DNA of 64,000 nucleotides from Dimorphilus gyrociliatus (taxonomy: Eukaryota > Animalia > Annelida): NCBI GenBank assembly GCA_904063045.1, contig CAJFCJ010000058.1:15973-79972 (forward strand). Reading direction: 5' to 3'. Below the pieces are notes generated by a model, which searched no databases, was not told the DNA's origin, and was given only the letters and a program-made list of their open reading frames with translations. Positions 12,547 to 25,554 of this stretch are shown in pieces. Numbering within the stretch: the stretch's first letter is position 1; each line of letters starts with the position of its first letter. A program made the translations under genes and the position numbers.

Positions 12547-14080
12547 AATGTTTTTATAAAAAAATAGCATCAAAAAGATTGATTGGTCATGATATCAATC
12601 AAAAAACTAATTCAACAGTTGAAGATTGTTTGAACTCTTGTGATGAAAACAATTATTGCAAGTACTACACCTTACATGTTTATAAGATTATTGCTTTCAT
12701 CTTATAATAATATTCTTATTTAGAGCAGTAGAATACAATAATTTTTTTAAAATTTGCAAATTGAAGAGTGAATCGAGATTTTCCAAACCGGACAATTTTC
12801 AAACATTGCTACAGTCTGACTATTATGATAAGAAAGATAATTGCTGTAAGTAAGAATTTTCTCTTTCTTTCCCTCTTGCTTTACATATCATTAATATCAT
12901 TTTAAAGATTCTTAGCAACATAAATAATTTAGCCTATATTTTAAATGAATATTGATAGTTAAAGTAAGAAAAATTGATTGTATAAATAAAAAAGTAGAAA
13001 CAGAAAGGAATATCTAAGAATTTTGTTTAATTAGCTCTTTCACAGAATGGATCTTGAGATTGAGAATTTTGATTTTTTAATTCCAGTAATAGACTGTTCC
13101 TAGACCAATAAAGAGAAAAATATATAATCTCTTATTATCAATACTAATTGTTAGTTGTTTGGCAAGCAGGAATATTTTTAATGAAATCAGTCTACCCAAT
13201 AATGGTTATAACAACAAAAGTTTTTGATGACACAAATATCAAGTAAAACTTAAAACCTGGCTTAGAATAAACTGTTGTCAATGGTGAAGTGAATGAGGGT
13301 GATAATGTTGGAACTGTTACAAAAATTCAATATCCCAATTCACCTGATAATTTGATATACAAATTATAATTCTTTTGTGTAGAGGTTAGACAGCACCAGA
13401 GTTGAATAGCAAAGTTTTTCATAATACTGATCACTCTCATTTTTTAAGATATCTTTCAGATGAGCCAAATAGTCCTAATGCATAGTCACAAAGTCTCGCA
13501 ACCATGAATAGTGCAAATGAATGTCCCCAAGGTAGACTAAAACTTCTTATCTTTGTATAATTAATTGTGTTTTAATCATACATTTTAAAAAATATTAAAT
13601 TCAAATGGAGTTGGTGACCCACAGTTTGGGCAAAGAGTTTTCAATACAAGATCAAAAGAACTTGTAGATATTTGCTATTATATTACTGGAAAGAGTGGCC
13701 ATCTAATTTCCATTCTACACGGCAACTCCACTATGACTACTGTCAAAGAAGTTCTTAAAGATGATCACTATATGCATCAAATTATTATTAAAAACAAAGA
13801 TTACTCAATTCTGATTGATCGATCATCCATTTTGATCAACAATAAAAAATTTAATTGGATTGATTTGGCAGAATATAAATTTGAATATTGGCAGATTAAA
13901 ACGTCAATAAAGACAATTGTTGTTGACAGTTTCTATCAACAATACAAGTTAACCAGAACCATAACCATAATTGTGTTTATTAGAAGCTGTTACAATTCTT
14001 TTTTCAAGGTCATGTCTATTGTTGTAAAATATAATTCAAGGTTTGCTCAAAAAACAAGACTTCTTTTTGGAACTCTCTAA
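12547..14080 (+). pseudogene. PAN/apple exon(s) followed by a GDP-x-F domain resembling the ITIH heavy-chain C-terminal domain; interrupted
   Basis: TVEDCLNSCDENNYCKYY (PAN-like). GVGDPQFGQRVFNTRSKELVDICYYITGKSGHLISIL runs in frame into ORF 13733-14080. Stops in intervening exons. Confidence 0.4.
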
Positions 14081-16156
14081 AAAATAGACATTTTAAGATT
14101 GTAAGAAAGAATTGAATTATACAAAAAAAGATGCCACCAAAACATTTAAAGAAAGAAAAAAGCGATAGATAAATATCAGGAACTACTCACTCAAACTTTA
14201 AACTTTTAAATTATTGGTAATAGTAATTGTTAATATGTAGAAACTAATATCCTTTACAAAAAATTATCAAATAATTGTTTTTCTTTTATAAAATTCAGTT
14301 TTTGTAAGTATACCTCGAAAAAAGGGTTTAGTTAAAAGGGATTAAGTGAAAAGAATAAACATTAGAAATGATTAACTCATGGGTAGAATAAAGATTATAC
14401 TCGAAAACTTTGGTTTTGGTTCAATTAATTGAAAAAAAACTATTGAATACACAGCTCATCTATTATTCATTCCTTTTATTACTGAAATAACGTTAAGCAA
14501 ATATATAAGTTTTGCTTTTAGCATATAGATTTGTTTCATTGACCACCATTTTATTGTTGAAACTCTTCGACAGACAAGTTTTTTCCTTTCTTTTGGTGTA
14601 TCAAAATGAAATGTTATTCTCTCTATATACTCTCAATGACTTATACTCAAATATTTTACTTTTGACAAACAATTATTATTAATAATTTGTGGTATTTAAA
14701 AACAGCATTATGATGACCTCTGTCTATTTTTGTGTGTTGGAACCAATCCAACATTTACCAAAAATTGTTACATCTTATGCAATTTTCTGACCTACTGACA
14801 ACAGTTTTCCTTAACAAAGCAAAGTCAACAAATATGGAACCATATTTGAACTTTCCTTTTATCCATAATCATACATTTGTTTTGTGTAGATATTTTTATC
14901 TGTGAACTGTCAACTTTTGGAAAAGTATATAAAGCCTATGAATTGATCAGTAGGCAGTTCAGTTTTCTAACAGCTAACTTTGTGTTAAAACTTGCTTGTT
15001 TAGAACTAGAAACTCATTTACTCAATAAATACTCTTTTAACGAAATACTGGTGTTTTGTTGGTAAATTTCTTGTAAAGTTTCATTTGTTGAGACAACTTG
15101 TGGATAAACTTGAAAGGTTCTATTTGGACCAGTACTTTGATACATTGGTAAATGATTGGTGAGGACGAATTCGAATTTGATAAGCTCGAGATTCCTACAA
15201 TTACAATAGAACAAAGTACATTGTTCAAAACAGCTGTTGATAGTCAATCAATCTCTTGACAAGGTGACACGGATTTGAATTCCTCTAAAGGTCATCTACA
15301 TCACAGTTCGGTGCTGAGCAATGTCAAGCACTCAGATATGGGAGAAAGAAATAAAATAAAATGGAATATTTCAGTAGTAAATAAAGTCATTGAGTTTAAA
15401 TAAATTTGATGATGTATCGGATTGACAAGTCTTAAAATAGATGACACATAACAAGCTCGTCCTTGAGTCAACACTTCTATACATGCTAAAGTCTGTTATT
15501 CATGAAAATTGAAAGAAAAACATGTTAGGTTCACTCTGACTTAATGATATTAACATATTTATATATTTGAATACACTAACTGCTATTCAAGTTTCGTTGA
15601 CGAAAATCAATAACCTTTTACATTCCAATTCCCTTAACTTTATATGCTTTGTCTTTATATTTCAATTATTCATTTATATTGAAAATATTTTTTAGTATAA
15701 AAGACTTTTGATGGAAAATATATCTATAATCTCCATTGAGGATGACATTAAGAGCAACTGTTGCAGTATTTTGTTTATTAATATCACCATTTGAAATAGA
15801 TACCAATCAAATCTATGTTGATAAATCATGTAAAGAGAAACTAAAATTTGTTTTTAAAAAGAATTTCTATCAAACTTTTTTCAACTTTTTTTTTAGTATT
15901 TTCGTTGTTCTCAATAAAAACATTAATAATCGTCACGTGATTGCAATAGAAAACTAATGCATGGACTGTTTACTCTGTTTATTCACTGCTGAGAATCTAG
16001 CTTGCAAAACTCTTATTTTGTTATTTGCATCAAAACCTAATCTGAAAACAAAACATTTCAGAATTACCCCTGATATATGAAAGCCTAACGTCATCCCATT
16101 TAACTTACTAAATTTCTCTATAACATTGATGTGCTAGGTGATTTCAGATTTTCTTT

Positions 16157-16622
16157 TATTGATTTACTATCCAAGTGCAAAATATTTAAAAGAATTTCTA
16201 CGTTTCATACTGATAATTTTGCGAGATTTTTCCAAATGAAAAATGGAAAAATATATCTAAAAACTGCTAATTAATAAGAGATATTTGAATTATTTTAAAT
16301 AATTTGTTTAATTAATAGATTCAGAGTGTTGTTTCTATCAAATGTATAGGCCTATTCCCCCCCAAAAAAAATTCACTAAAGTGTATACTCTCTCTGACTG
16401 CTGGCTTCTCTATACTGTATACTTAAGAATTTTGCAGTTGAAAAATTATAATTAGATTTATGAATATTTTACTATATTTTCAAAAGCAAAGATGTTTTCT
16501 AGTCAACAACAGAAAAGAATATTTGCCTACTTGTTGATGATTTTTTTTATCCATAGTATTTTCTGATCAAAAACTTAACAATTTACCAATTATCGCTCAA
16601 ATCCATCCAACTCTTACAGTCT
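16157..16622. repeat. Local direct repeat, copy 2, split by an extra ~220-bp segment
   Basis: Matches 11568-11810 in two blocks (about 16157-16350 and 16568-16622). Confidence 0.7.
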
Positions 16623-17316
16623 TTGGGAGAATTGATTAAGCTTTTTAAACTCTGGGCGTCTTTTGCAACCTGGTAGATTTAAAACAAAAGATGTGCCTTA
16701 AATTCAACCTAATTGGCGACTTTATAAGGTTAGAATGGTTCCGTTTTGTCAAGGATTTGATGTACTAAGTTTCTGTCATTTAGGGAAGAATCGCTGTAAA
16801 TGTATTCTAGACTACGAGCAAGGTTTATAAAATTCTCTGGGTTGATTCTATTTTTGTCATTTTACGATACTCAAAATAGAACGTTTCATCTGCCATCCAT
16901 TGCTTTAGTATTTGGCATATTTCGCTGTTGTCGATTTTAGCTTCGGATAATGTGATGAAGAGATTCTTGTGAAAGTCACATTGGCACCATTAAACTTTTT
17001 AGACAGGGATTATCTTTTGTATCTTACATTATCGATTTTTTAATTCAGATATTGGTAATATTATCTCGTTATCTCATCCATCATCTCTGTCATTGTATCA
17101 TGGTATTCTGTCTGCTCATCTTTCCTGATGAGTTCAAAAATTTTGAATGTTCGAAATTTCGCCATCTTGTTCTTCGACCATTGGAAAATGTTCCATTTCT
17201 GAAATTTGGTCAAAAAACGACGGATTGCATTTCTTGTCAGAAGAGTTTGTTTGGGATGAACTCATCATTTCAATGAGACACACCACCTTATCATTCAATT
17301 CTTTGAACTTTTTCAA

Positions 17317-17800
17317 CTAATTTCCATTCTATATGGCAAATCCACTATGACTACTGCCAATAAAGTTCTTAAAGATGATTACTATTTGCATCAAATTGTT
17401 ATTAAAAACAAAGATTACTTAATTCTGATTGATCGATCATCCATTTTGATCAACAATAAAAAATTTAATTGGATTGATATATAAATTTGAAAATTGGCAG
17501 ATTAAAACGTCAATAAAGACAATTGTTGTTGACAGTTTCTATCAACAATACAAGTTAACCATAATTGTACAGAGAGAACTCAATGAATACATCTTAATGT
17601 CAAGTTCAAAAGTCTTGGTATTTCGTACAAAAGATTTAGTGGATTAATAGGTGATATTGGAAAAAAGATATATTTAATAAATCAAGGTATTCAAAGGGAT
17701 AGTACAACTGTTCAAGTTAATAACAAACATCTTAAAGGTAAATTGACCAAGACATTAACATATTACCAATCGATCAACTTATATTTCCAAAACTAAAGTC
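17317..17800 (+). pseudogene. 5'-truncated duplicate of the ITIH-C-like exon
   Basis: 17317-17570 is a near-identical copy of 13703-13975 with small indels. It continues with a GLIGDIGKK motif, frameshifts and stops. Confidence 0.5.
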
Positions 17801-18445
17801 TTATATGTTTATTAACAACTATTTTATTGACTTACAATTAATAAAAAAGTACTCAATAAACCTTATAGATGACTTTTTATATTTAGATATGATATTGTGT
17901 ATTTCTTATTCTCCTTCAACCAATGTTAAGGATACTCTACCATTATTTCTCAATAGTAATGTAATTCTCTTCATTGAGAGACCAAAAATGTGTGACTATG
18001 AACATGAATAATCAACTATTTTTCCTAGCCCTAGTATAGTCTGAAAATAGCCAAGCTTTGAGGTCAAGGATTGCATGATAAATTAAATACGCACCTATAA
18101 ACTGCTGGTAACATTGACAGATTTAAACATGTACTAAAATATTAAGCTTTCAATTGTCCTCGACAAGTAGTCAATACTATTTCGACATCTTTTCAATATA
18201 TGCAAATCCAAGCTTAAGAGTACAGCTTAATTTTTTTTTTAAATTAGGTCATCGTTTTCAATAGTAATAGAAGTTTAAAGGATAAAAATTTAAATGCCAT
18301 TGGAAAATATATTACTAGACCTATATTTAAATAAATAATTCCATCTGGAAAAGTATAAATAAAGCACATAGAATATGAATGGGAATATTATCATTTTGAA
18401 TTTTCAATCTCTAAAGTCAAGACTGTAAATTGTTTAAAATTAATC

Positions 18446-19090
18446 ATGTCTACTTTGCAGCCAATTTCGAGATTGCTCTTGTTTGTATTCCTTCTGATTT
18501 TTACCTGCAGTGATGTTTGTCAACCAAGGCCAATAACATCAAAAATTGAAATAATTCTATTATCAGATTCATCTACATTGGGTGTAATGGAAACTTTAAG
18601 AATATACGAACATTTACTCTCTCTGCTGATATCCGATTTTACACTTGCAGATAAGACTGAACAAGTATCTTTAATAAGATATAGCACAAAACCATTTTTA
18701 ATATACAAGATCATAATTTTGAAAAGATTTCAACAATTGAGGAAAAAATCTGATAAATCTGAAAAATTGAAATTTTCCTTTCAAAATAATAAAATTTTGA
18801 AGAATTTAAATAAAGAATTCCAGGTACAAAGCAACGGGAAAAAGTCATTATATCAAGTTTTTACTAAACAAACAAAAGTAAGAAAAAACCATTCTTTCTT
18901 TTTTCAAATCTATTTATAGATTTTTTATCTTTTTGAATTTTTACAGAGCAACACTTTAAATTATCTCATCAAAATAATATTGAACAGTGATGATAATAGT
19001 ACTCTAACAACTACAGAATTTAATGAACGTTACGTTAATCAATTTTTATACTTAAAGAAGTTTATCACAGACATAGACGAATATTCTTTG
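18446..19090 (+). pseudogene. von Willebrand factor A domain fragment
   Basis: IEIILLSDSSTL...FTLADKTEQVSLIRYST matches vWA beta-A/alpha-1/beta-B, with a degenerate MIDAS. The apparent signal peptide may be an intron pyrimidine tract (ends CCTGCAG). Confidence 0.5.
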
Positions 19091-19719
19091 GTTAAGTGAC
19101 AATGTCAAGGTCATTTAATGCTATTTTATAGAATGTTTATGTATTTTGATGGAAAATAAAACATTATTATGTGTTTGTTAAAAACTGCCATAGTTCTCAA
19201 TTATTTTTCTATTATTGCCTAGGGGAAAAAGTTATAAACAAGTAGGATCCATTGTACACTCCCAATATGAAGTCTCTGCCAGGGTTGTTCTTAGATTGGA
19301 AAAAGTGAATTATTTAACTAACAGGACTAGCTTAATTAAATCTTTTTGTTTAGAATGAACGATAAGACATCTATACAACCAAATTTATAGATAAAACTTG
19401 TTAAAACATTTTTCTAACATTACCAAATAGCTTATTGATTCTTTATCAAATAGCTTGTTGTGCTGTTTTATTAGAGATATTTTTACAATTGCTAAGAGAA
19501 AATTGAATAAAACTACAGGGTTACACAAAGAGAGGTTAATCTACGGATAAGTTTTAATTTTCAAAATGGGACGTTCTTTCCATAACCCAAAAAAGTATTT
19601 TAAAGTAAAAACTATGTCAAGTTATAAAGTGTGACAAACTATATTACAGATTTAAAAAATATTCCAATGTGACCTTGGCCTTGGAGATTCTTCATAAAAT
19701 TAGCACAATTTTCCATTAA

Positions 19720-22060
19720 TCAAGCATTGAAATATTGATGTATTATTATATATGTAGAAAAATTGTCAGAATAAAAATACAACAAAGTACAGAATTCATA
19801 AAAGCAGTTGAAATATAGGTGATCTACATCTACAAGTACGTTAATGTCAAGAGAGATAACAAGGATCTTTCGGTACAAATTTTTTTTCTTTTCACATAAT
19901 TTAAATAAAGAACAATTTGCAAAAGTAAACATCTCTGCTTTCTAGATAAATATCTAAAAGTATGTGAATTTTAACAACGTCAGTTACGTGGTTATTTAGA
20001 TTTTTACACTGAAAATAGAAATATAGAAATGAATTTTGTGGATTAAAATTTTCAAGATCGCATAAATTTATCATTTCATCTTCATATTCTTTTGTGCTAT
20101 AACTGATAAAAATATTGACATTTTTACCAGTAAACTCTCCATCTTCCTTTAAAATTAATACCAGTTTTGAATTATTCGTGAATAACTCCGTTCCATTGAA
20201 TATTTTATAGTCAAATGATGTTGCTGGAGATTTTATTCTTTTGCAGTTATCCACCATATTACCAGGATTTTCATAGTAACCATCATATTGAAAATTAATA
20301 TTTTGATCTAAAAAAGGATGAAATTGTATATGAAAACAAAATGTAAAAGGATGCTTTAAAAGTACCTATATCAATCATTTGAACTTGATTAATTATATCA
20401 GCAACTCCATTCTTGAATAGAATTTCATGAATATTCATTGATACTTTTGCCTTTACACTAACCAGTTTATTCAAATCATATATTTTACCTAAACCAAATG
20501 TTATTTCACATGGTGCTATTTTCAACCAAAAATCAGTCCACAGTTCGCAACTTATTAATGAAGTTGAATTACTAAATTCAACTATTCTGAATTCTGGTTC
20601 AAAAATTTCAATAGATGATTTTTCCACATTATTTGAAATTGTATCCAATTTTACTGAAAATTGCTTTGTTTTGTCATTCTTCATACTTATAATTAATGAT
20701 GAACAGTCTGAAGAGTTTCCAGAATTTTGACCTTGAACTCTTAACTTGAATATATTAAATATTGGTTGAAAGTGTATAGGCAGATGATAGACAACATCAT
20801 GAACAAATTGAATATCATAAATATTATAAATTCCTAGGAGAAAGAAAGAAAGGAAAAGAAAATAAATTTGAAAATTTTTATTATAAAGGAATAATTTACG
20901 TTTTGCAAAAACTTTAAAAAAAGTAAATCCAATGGAATTGGATCCATAAAATTCTTTAAGAATTACTTTAACTGAATATTCAATTGTTGGTTCATGCTCG
21001 TAATTGAAGCAGTTGCTTAGGTATCCTGATGGTAGATTTTCGAGAGTATCGACAAAACCAGAAGTTGTCCATTCAATTCTTAATTTCTTAACATAATTAT
21101 TCATTTCCAGTCTGCCGCATAAAACAAAAATATTGACAAATTAGAAAATATTAGGGTACATTTTGTTTCTAAAACCTGTTAATGTAGCAATAATGCAGAG
21201 GTCGAGCAGGTTCTGAAAAAGTAATAATTATATATTCATTCAAGCAGGTAGTGTGACCACCACAATTTGCTGTCCAACCAAATTGGAAATTTGTATCAAG
21301 TGCCGAACTACATTCATGGTTGATACGATTACTTGACTGTTGACAAGTTGCTCCCAATTCCAGAGAAGCTATATTAACTAAATTTTCGTCGTTATCATCA
21401 TCATCAGTCGAATCTAATGTTGAAGAAAAAAGGAAAAAAATCACCAATAACAAAATCATGGCAAACAATTAACTGATGACTTTACCTTTGTCAAATGCAT
21501 AGGCAATAATAGAATTGTAACCAGAATTTAAAAGTGATAAAGCAAACAATGTAGGCTTAAATTTTAAACTGGTGCAATTAATTCCACTGCCTACTTCAAG
21601 CAGAAGATAATTTTCATAATTTTTTATTTTATAAACTGGTGTTTTTTCACCAATTGTAATTTCAACGGATGAAATGTAATATTTAGCAGGAATATTCCTC
21701 TGAGTAATACCAATTTCAATAATATTGTATGGTTTGGAGAATTTAACAAGAATCCAACTATCATAACAAGGTGCTCCAGTACATCGAGGGGACCAGTCTA
21801 ATATATTAACTGACTTTGGTTGCAAAGCATTTTGGCAATGAAAAGTAAATGACGCTGTTGGAAATGTACTGCTCACTTCACAAGTTGCTCCATTTACCGT
21901 TGAAGCTACATTTTTCAATTTGGTGCCTAGGTACAAAAACATTCTTTTAAAGGCCTATATCTTGAAATACACTCCTTCTTACGACAAGAAAGAGAGAAAC
22001 AAAGAGGTAGAGAATGATACCAACTAGTTTTTATTGTAGACATTCGTCCAAAGTCTGCAG
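19720..22060 (-). CDS. Mosaic extracellular protein: two F5/8C (discoidin-like) domains + farnesoic-acid-O-methyltransferase-like domain + unassigned C-terminal exons
   Basis: NVASTVNGATCEVSS...DSWILVKFSKPYNIIEIGITQR and NIASLELGATCQQSS...EYIIITFSEP are joined in phase by intron 21485-21414. TDFWLKIAPCEITFGLG resembles the Methyltransf_FA domain. May be one gene with 22400-24423. Confidence 0.55.
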
Positions 22061-22399
22061 TTTCTAGTAGGATAAGAATAAAAGTTGAAAATGTATAGTG
22101 GAACATTGTCTTGTATCTTTCCATTCTCTGTTTATTGATCTTAAATGTATGTTCCTTAAAAGAAAAATATTAACAAAATGTTTTATTAATTCGTTTATGT
22201 TTATTTAATAGCAATTTTCAAAATTCATCAATAGAGTTTTGAGTATTATACGATCATGTGACTGAAGGAAAGTCTTATTAACCTTTGTTGCTATTTTCAA
22301 TGTAACTTATGTATTTTGTAATAAAAAATAAATTTTCCATTCGGCCTTGTATTGTCCACTAAATTTTAGTATTTTAGTATGTTTTTCAAAGATTCAAAA

Positions 22400-24423
22400 A
22401 ATTTTAAACTAAATCAGTTAAATATTTTTCTTTGTTAGAAAATCTATAATTTTCATCACTTTTATCAAAGCAATTAATTTCACTATCACCAAATTTATTC
22501 AATTGTATACACTGTCCATTTGAGCAAGGCCTAAAATTATAAATTCAAAAAGTTCTTTTATATTTCTTTTTGTTGCTAAAAAAAATGATATTTTCTAACT
22601 AATCACCTAGAATCTTTTAAGCAGTTCTTTGTCTCTGAAGGAACAGAAAAATTCTTGTGTTTTTGTTAACCAATTAAAAAATTAAATAAAAACTCACTAC
22701 AAAATATTTCATCAGATCCATCAAGGCAATCATTAAAAAGATTCATATAATGTTTTTCCTTTACATTCCTAAAAGAATGATTTGAATTTACTCTTGTTAT
22801 TTTAATCAAATTAAATATAATTGTTATATTTTTACATAGCGAGGATGATTTAATTTTTGTGATAGATATAAGAGAGGAAAGTTACTGGCTGTGGCAGCAA
22901 TAGGTTTATTTTTTCTCATGAATTTATGATATACTCCTAATGAAATTTATAATTATTATTCAAGTTTTGTATATTATCATTGTAATGTAAACAATACTAT
23001 TGTAATAAGCATATTTCGTAAAAGGGAATAAAATGGTCTCACTATGAGTTATATAGAAAAGTGAAAATGACATTTCATGACTGGGAATATCATTTAATGT
23101 TAAATTAGATTTTTCACATTTCTCTTCTATATCATCCAGGGAAAGAAATTTTGAATTTTTATACAGATAATAGCATACATCATGTATTGATAGAGCATTT
23201 TCTCCAGGGCATTGACTCTCTACAAAAGTATTATTCAATTACTTTAAACGAGATTTGAAATATTCAACTTGAATTTCTTGAACATGCAACGTAAAATAGA
23301 GTTGGCTGGAACCTGTATTTTTTTATTTATTACAATTTTTTAAGAATATTTTATTATCCAACTAACTTTTTTGATTGTTCTTTGTGTTGACATTCATTCA
23401 AGCTTGATTTGGAACCATTACAAGAAATGGTTTTGTATAATATAGATGTTGTGATAAGAGTACCGCCTGACTTCAAAAACCTAGGTTGCACTAAAGTTCC
23501 ACTAAGAAATCCGAAGCTTTTACAAATAATTTGAATCTCTTGATCTTTTATTATTTTAAAATTAGCTGGAGTTTTTCCACTTAAAACAAGAAAACTTCCA
23601 GAAAAGAAGGCATAGTTGTGCTTTTGTCCAGAATACAAAAATCCTCTCAAAAAATTAGTCAGTAAATATTTGTAGACTATTAAAATTTGAAAATATACTT
23701 ATTATTTCTTTCAAGTTGATTGCATAATACCTCTAATTATAAATATTCTGACTCACCTGTAGACTCTTTTGAGCAAATAGGATTTGCTCGGCAGAAAAAG
23801 CTACCCCAATAATGTTGGGGATAGCATCCTTGAATGAGCACTTTCCTTTATTATTCTATAATTTTGATTTTGGTGTCTAAAGTATATATAATATAGTTTT
23901 GAATTTTCTTTTGTGATTTTTGCCTCTTCAGCAAAAATATCTATAAAAAAATATATTAAAATAGAAATTAGATAATTATTTAAAAAAATCTAAACAAACA
24001 TTTCTTTTATAACATTTCAGTAAAGAAGCATAATATAATTTTCCCTGTTGAAGAAAACTGCAACAAAATGTTTATGAATAATTAGACTTCTAGGAACTAT
24101 TTTCTATACAAATGGCAGCAATATGGAGTTTTAAAGTTCATAGTTGCATGAACTAATTCTTTTGTATCGGTATTGATTTTGTAAGAACTAAACACTGAAT
24201 GAATTGAATCATATCCAGTCTGCTTGCACAGTTCATACTTGAACATAGTCAAACCATGATGATACTGCAGCCAAATATTATTTCTTCCTACATTTCCATC
24301 TTGTTGGATGACTATTAGACCAATTACAAAAAATTTACTCTCTTCTGTTACTTTTAAAACTGTTTTCTGATAAAATTTTAGAAATAACTCAGAAAGTAAA
24401 AGTATTAAATGAATAACTTTCAT
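22400..24423 (-). pseudogene. Secreted mosaic: SRCR-like + C-type-lectin-like + LDL-receptor class A repeats, probably decayed
   Basis: MKVIHLILLL start; IICKSFGF...ISCNGSKSSLNECQH (SRCR); CPGENALSIHDVCYYL (CTL N-terminus); DCLDGSDE and CSNGQCI...NCFDKSDE (LDLa). Some pieces are out of frame. Confidence 0.5.
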
Positions 24424-24996
24424 TTTTAATACTATTTCTAGATGATAATATTTATGTTTTTATATAAATTATCTGTAATTTAAAAAAGTAACCCAATCTT
24501 TTTAAAATAGCCTTTCATTATGAAATTTAAACTATTTTTTCATTCAATAACATTTCTCTTTTGGCCAACTACTCTAATATATTAGTCTAACTACCATTGA
24601 ATATTTTATATTAGATTCAAGGGAAGGGAAAATAAATCAAAAATTCATTAGAAAGATTGGTCATTTATAAAGGTAAAAGGTCACATCTATTGATAATGAA
24701 CTACAATTGTTTAAAATAGACAAAAGCCAAGTAATAATCAGAAATGTAGATTATTAGAATGGCATTTTTTGTTATTCTTAAAATTTAATCATTTATTTTT
24801 TTAATAAAATATGTTGTAAATTTATTACCAAACTTTAATAATTAATATTTAGCTATTGCATTAATATTTCATTGTGCTGTGGCCGAATTAATCAAATTTA
24901 ATATAAATTTCATAAGCTGCTGAAAAAAAGGTTGAATATTGACGTTTTTTCTTTTGTGTGTGTATGAGCCGAGTAGGAAAGATGGCGGTTTTTATC

Positions 24997-25203
24997 TTAA
25001 AACGGATGCGACGTCCACAAATCAGTGCTTTTACCCTAACCCTAACCTAGCTCTTAGTTGTATATAACATTTTCCATTACCCTTAAGTCTTAGAGGAGAC
25101 CCTCTTAAGTACAAATCAGTTGCTGTCTTCTTCTGCCTAACCATTTCTCAATCCAAATTTTTGTCTTGAAATTTCTCATTTGTGGACGTTTTCTGTCGAC
25201 CCC
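24997..25203. mobile_element. ~207-bp MITE with internal TAACCC repeats (older copy)
   Basis: Inverted ACGTCCACAAAT termini and ACCCTAACCCTAACCTAG inside. TSD degenerate (GTTTTTATC / GTTTCTTTT). Confidence 0.65.
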
Positions 25204-25348
25204 GTTTCTTTTAACCTCTTTAAAATTTAGTTGTTTTTAATATATCACTAGATATAGGACTACAAGAAACATGTCTATATGATACAACTATTGGACCTTA
25301 TTTGGATAAAAACAGCTACTAATATAAATGGCAGTCATACCTAAAATT

Positions 25349-25554
25349 GGATGTGGTAGAAAACGGCCATAAATCTATGGTTTTACCCTAACCCTAACCC
25401 AGCCCTTGTTTTTGCCTAACCTTTTTGAATACCCCTAACCCTTAGATGGGACTCTCCTAAGAACATATCAACAGTTATCTTATTCCTCCTAACCATTTCC
25501 CAGGCTGAAATCTAACTTTCAAATATTTCATTTATGGCCGTTTCGACCGGTCCC
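25349..25554. mobile_element. 206-bp MITE with internal TAACCC repeats
   Basis: Inverted AAACGGCCATAAAT termini; perfect 9-bp TSD CCTAAAATT at 25340-25348 and 25555-25563. Confidence 0.8.

Noticed and set aside
14560-15300. Possible adhesion-GPCR remnant (a CWI motif)
   Set aside because: A single tripeptide amid stops is insufficient.
16640-17316. Minus-strand coding-like stretch, possibly a TE accessory (DUF4806/BEN-like) remnant
   Set aside because: Multiple stops and no motif strong enough to name.
21169-21942. Two ORFs back to back in frame, separated by a single TAA, with an apparent signal peptide 9 nt later (readthrough or operon candidate)
   Set aside because: A 72-nt GT...AG intron (21485-21414) removes the stop and joins the frames in phase. 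The 'signal peptide' is the translated pyrimidine tract.
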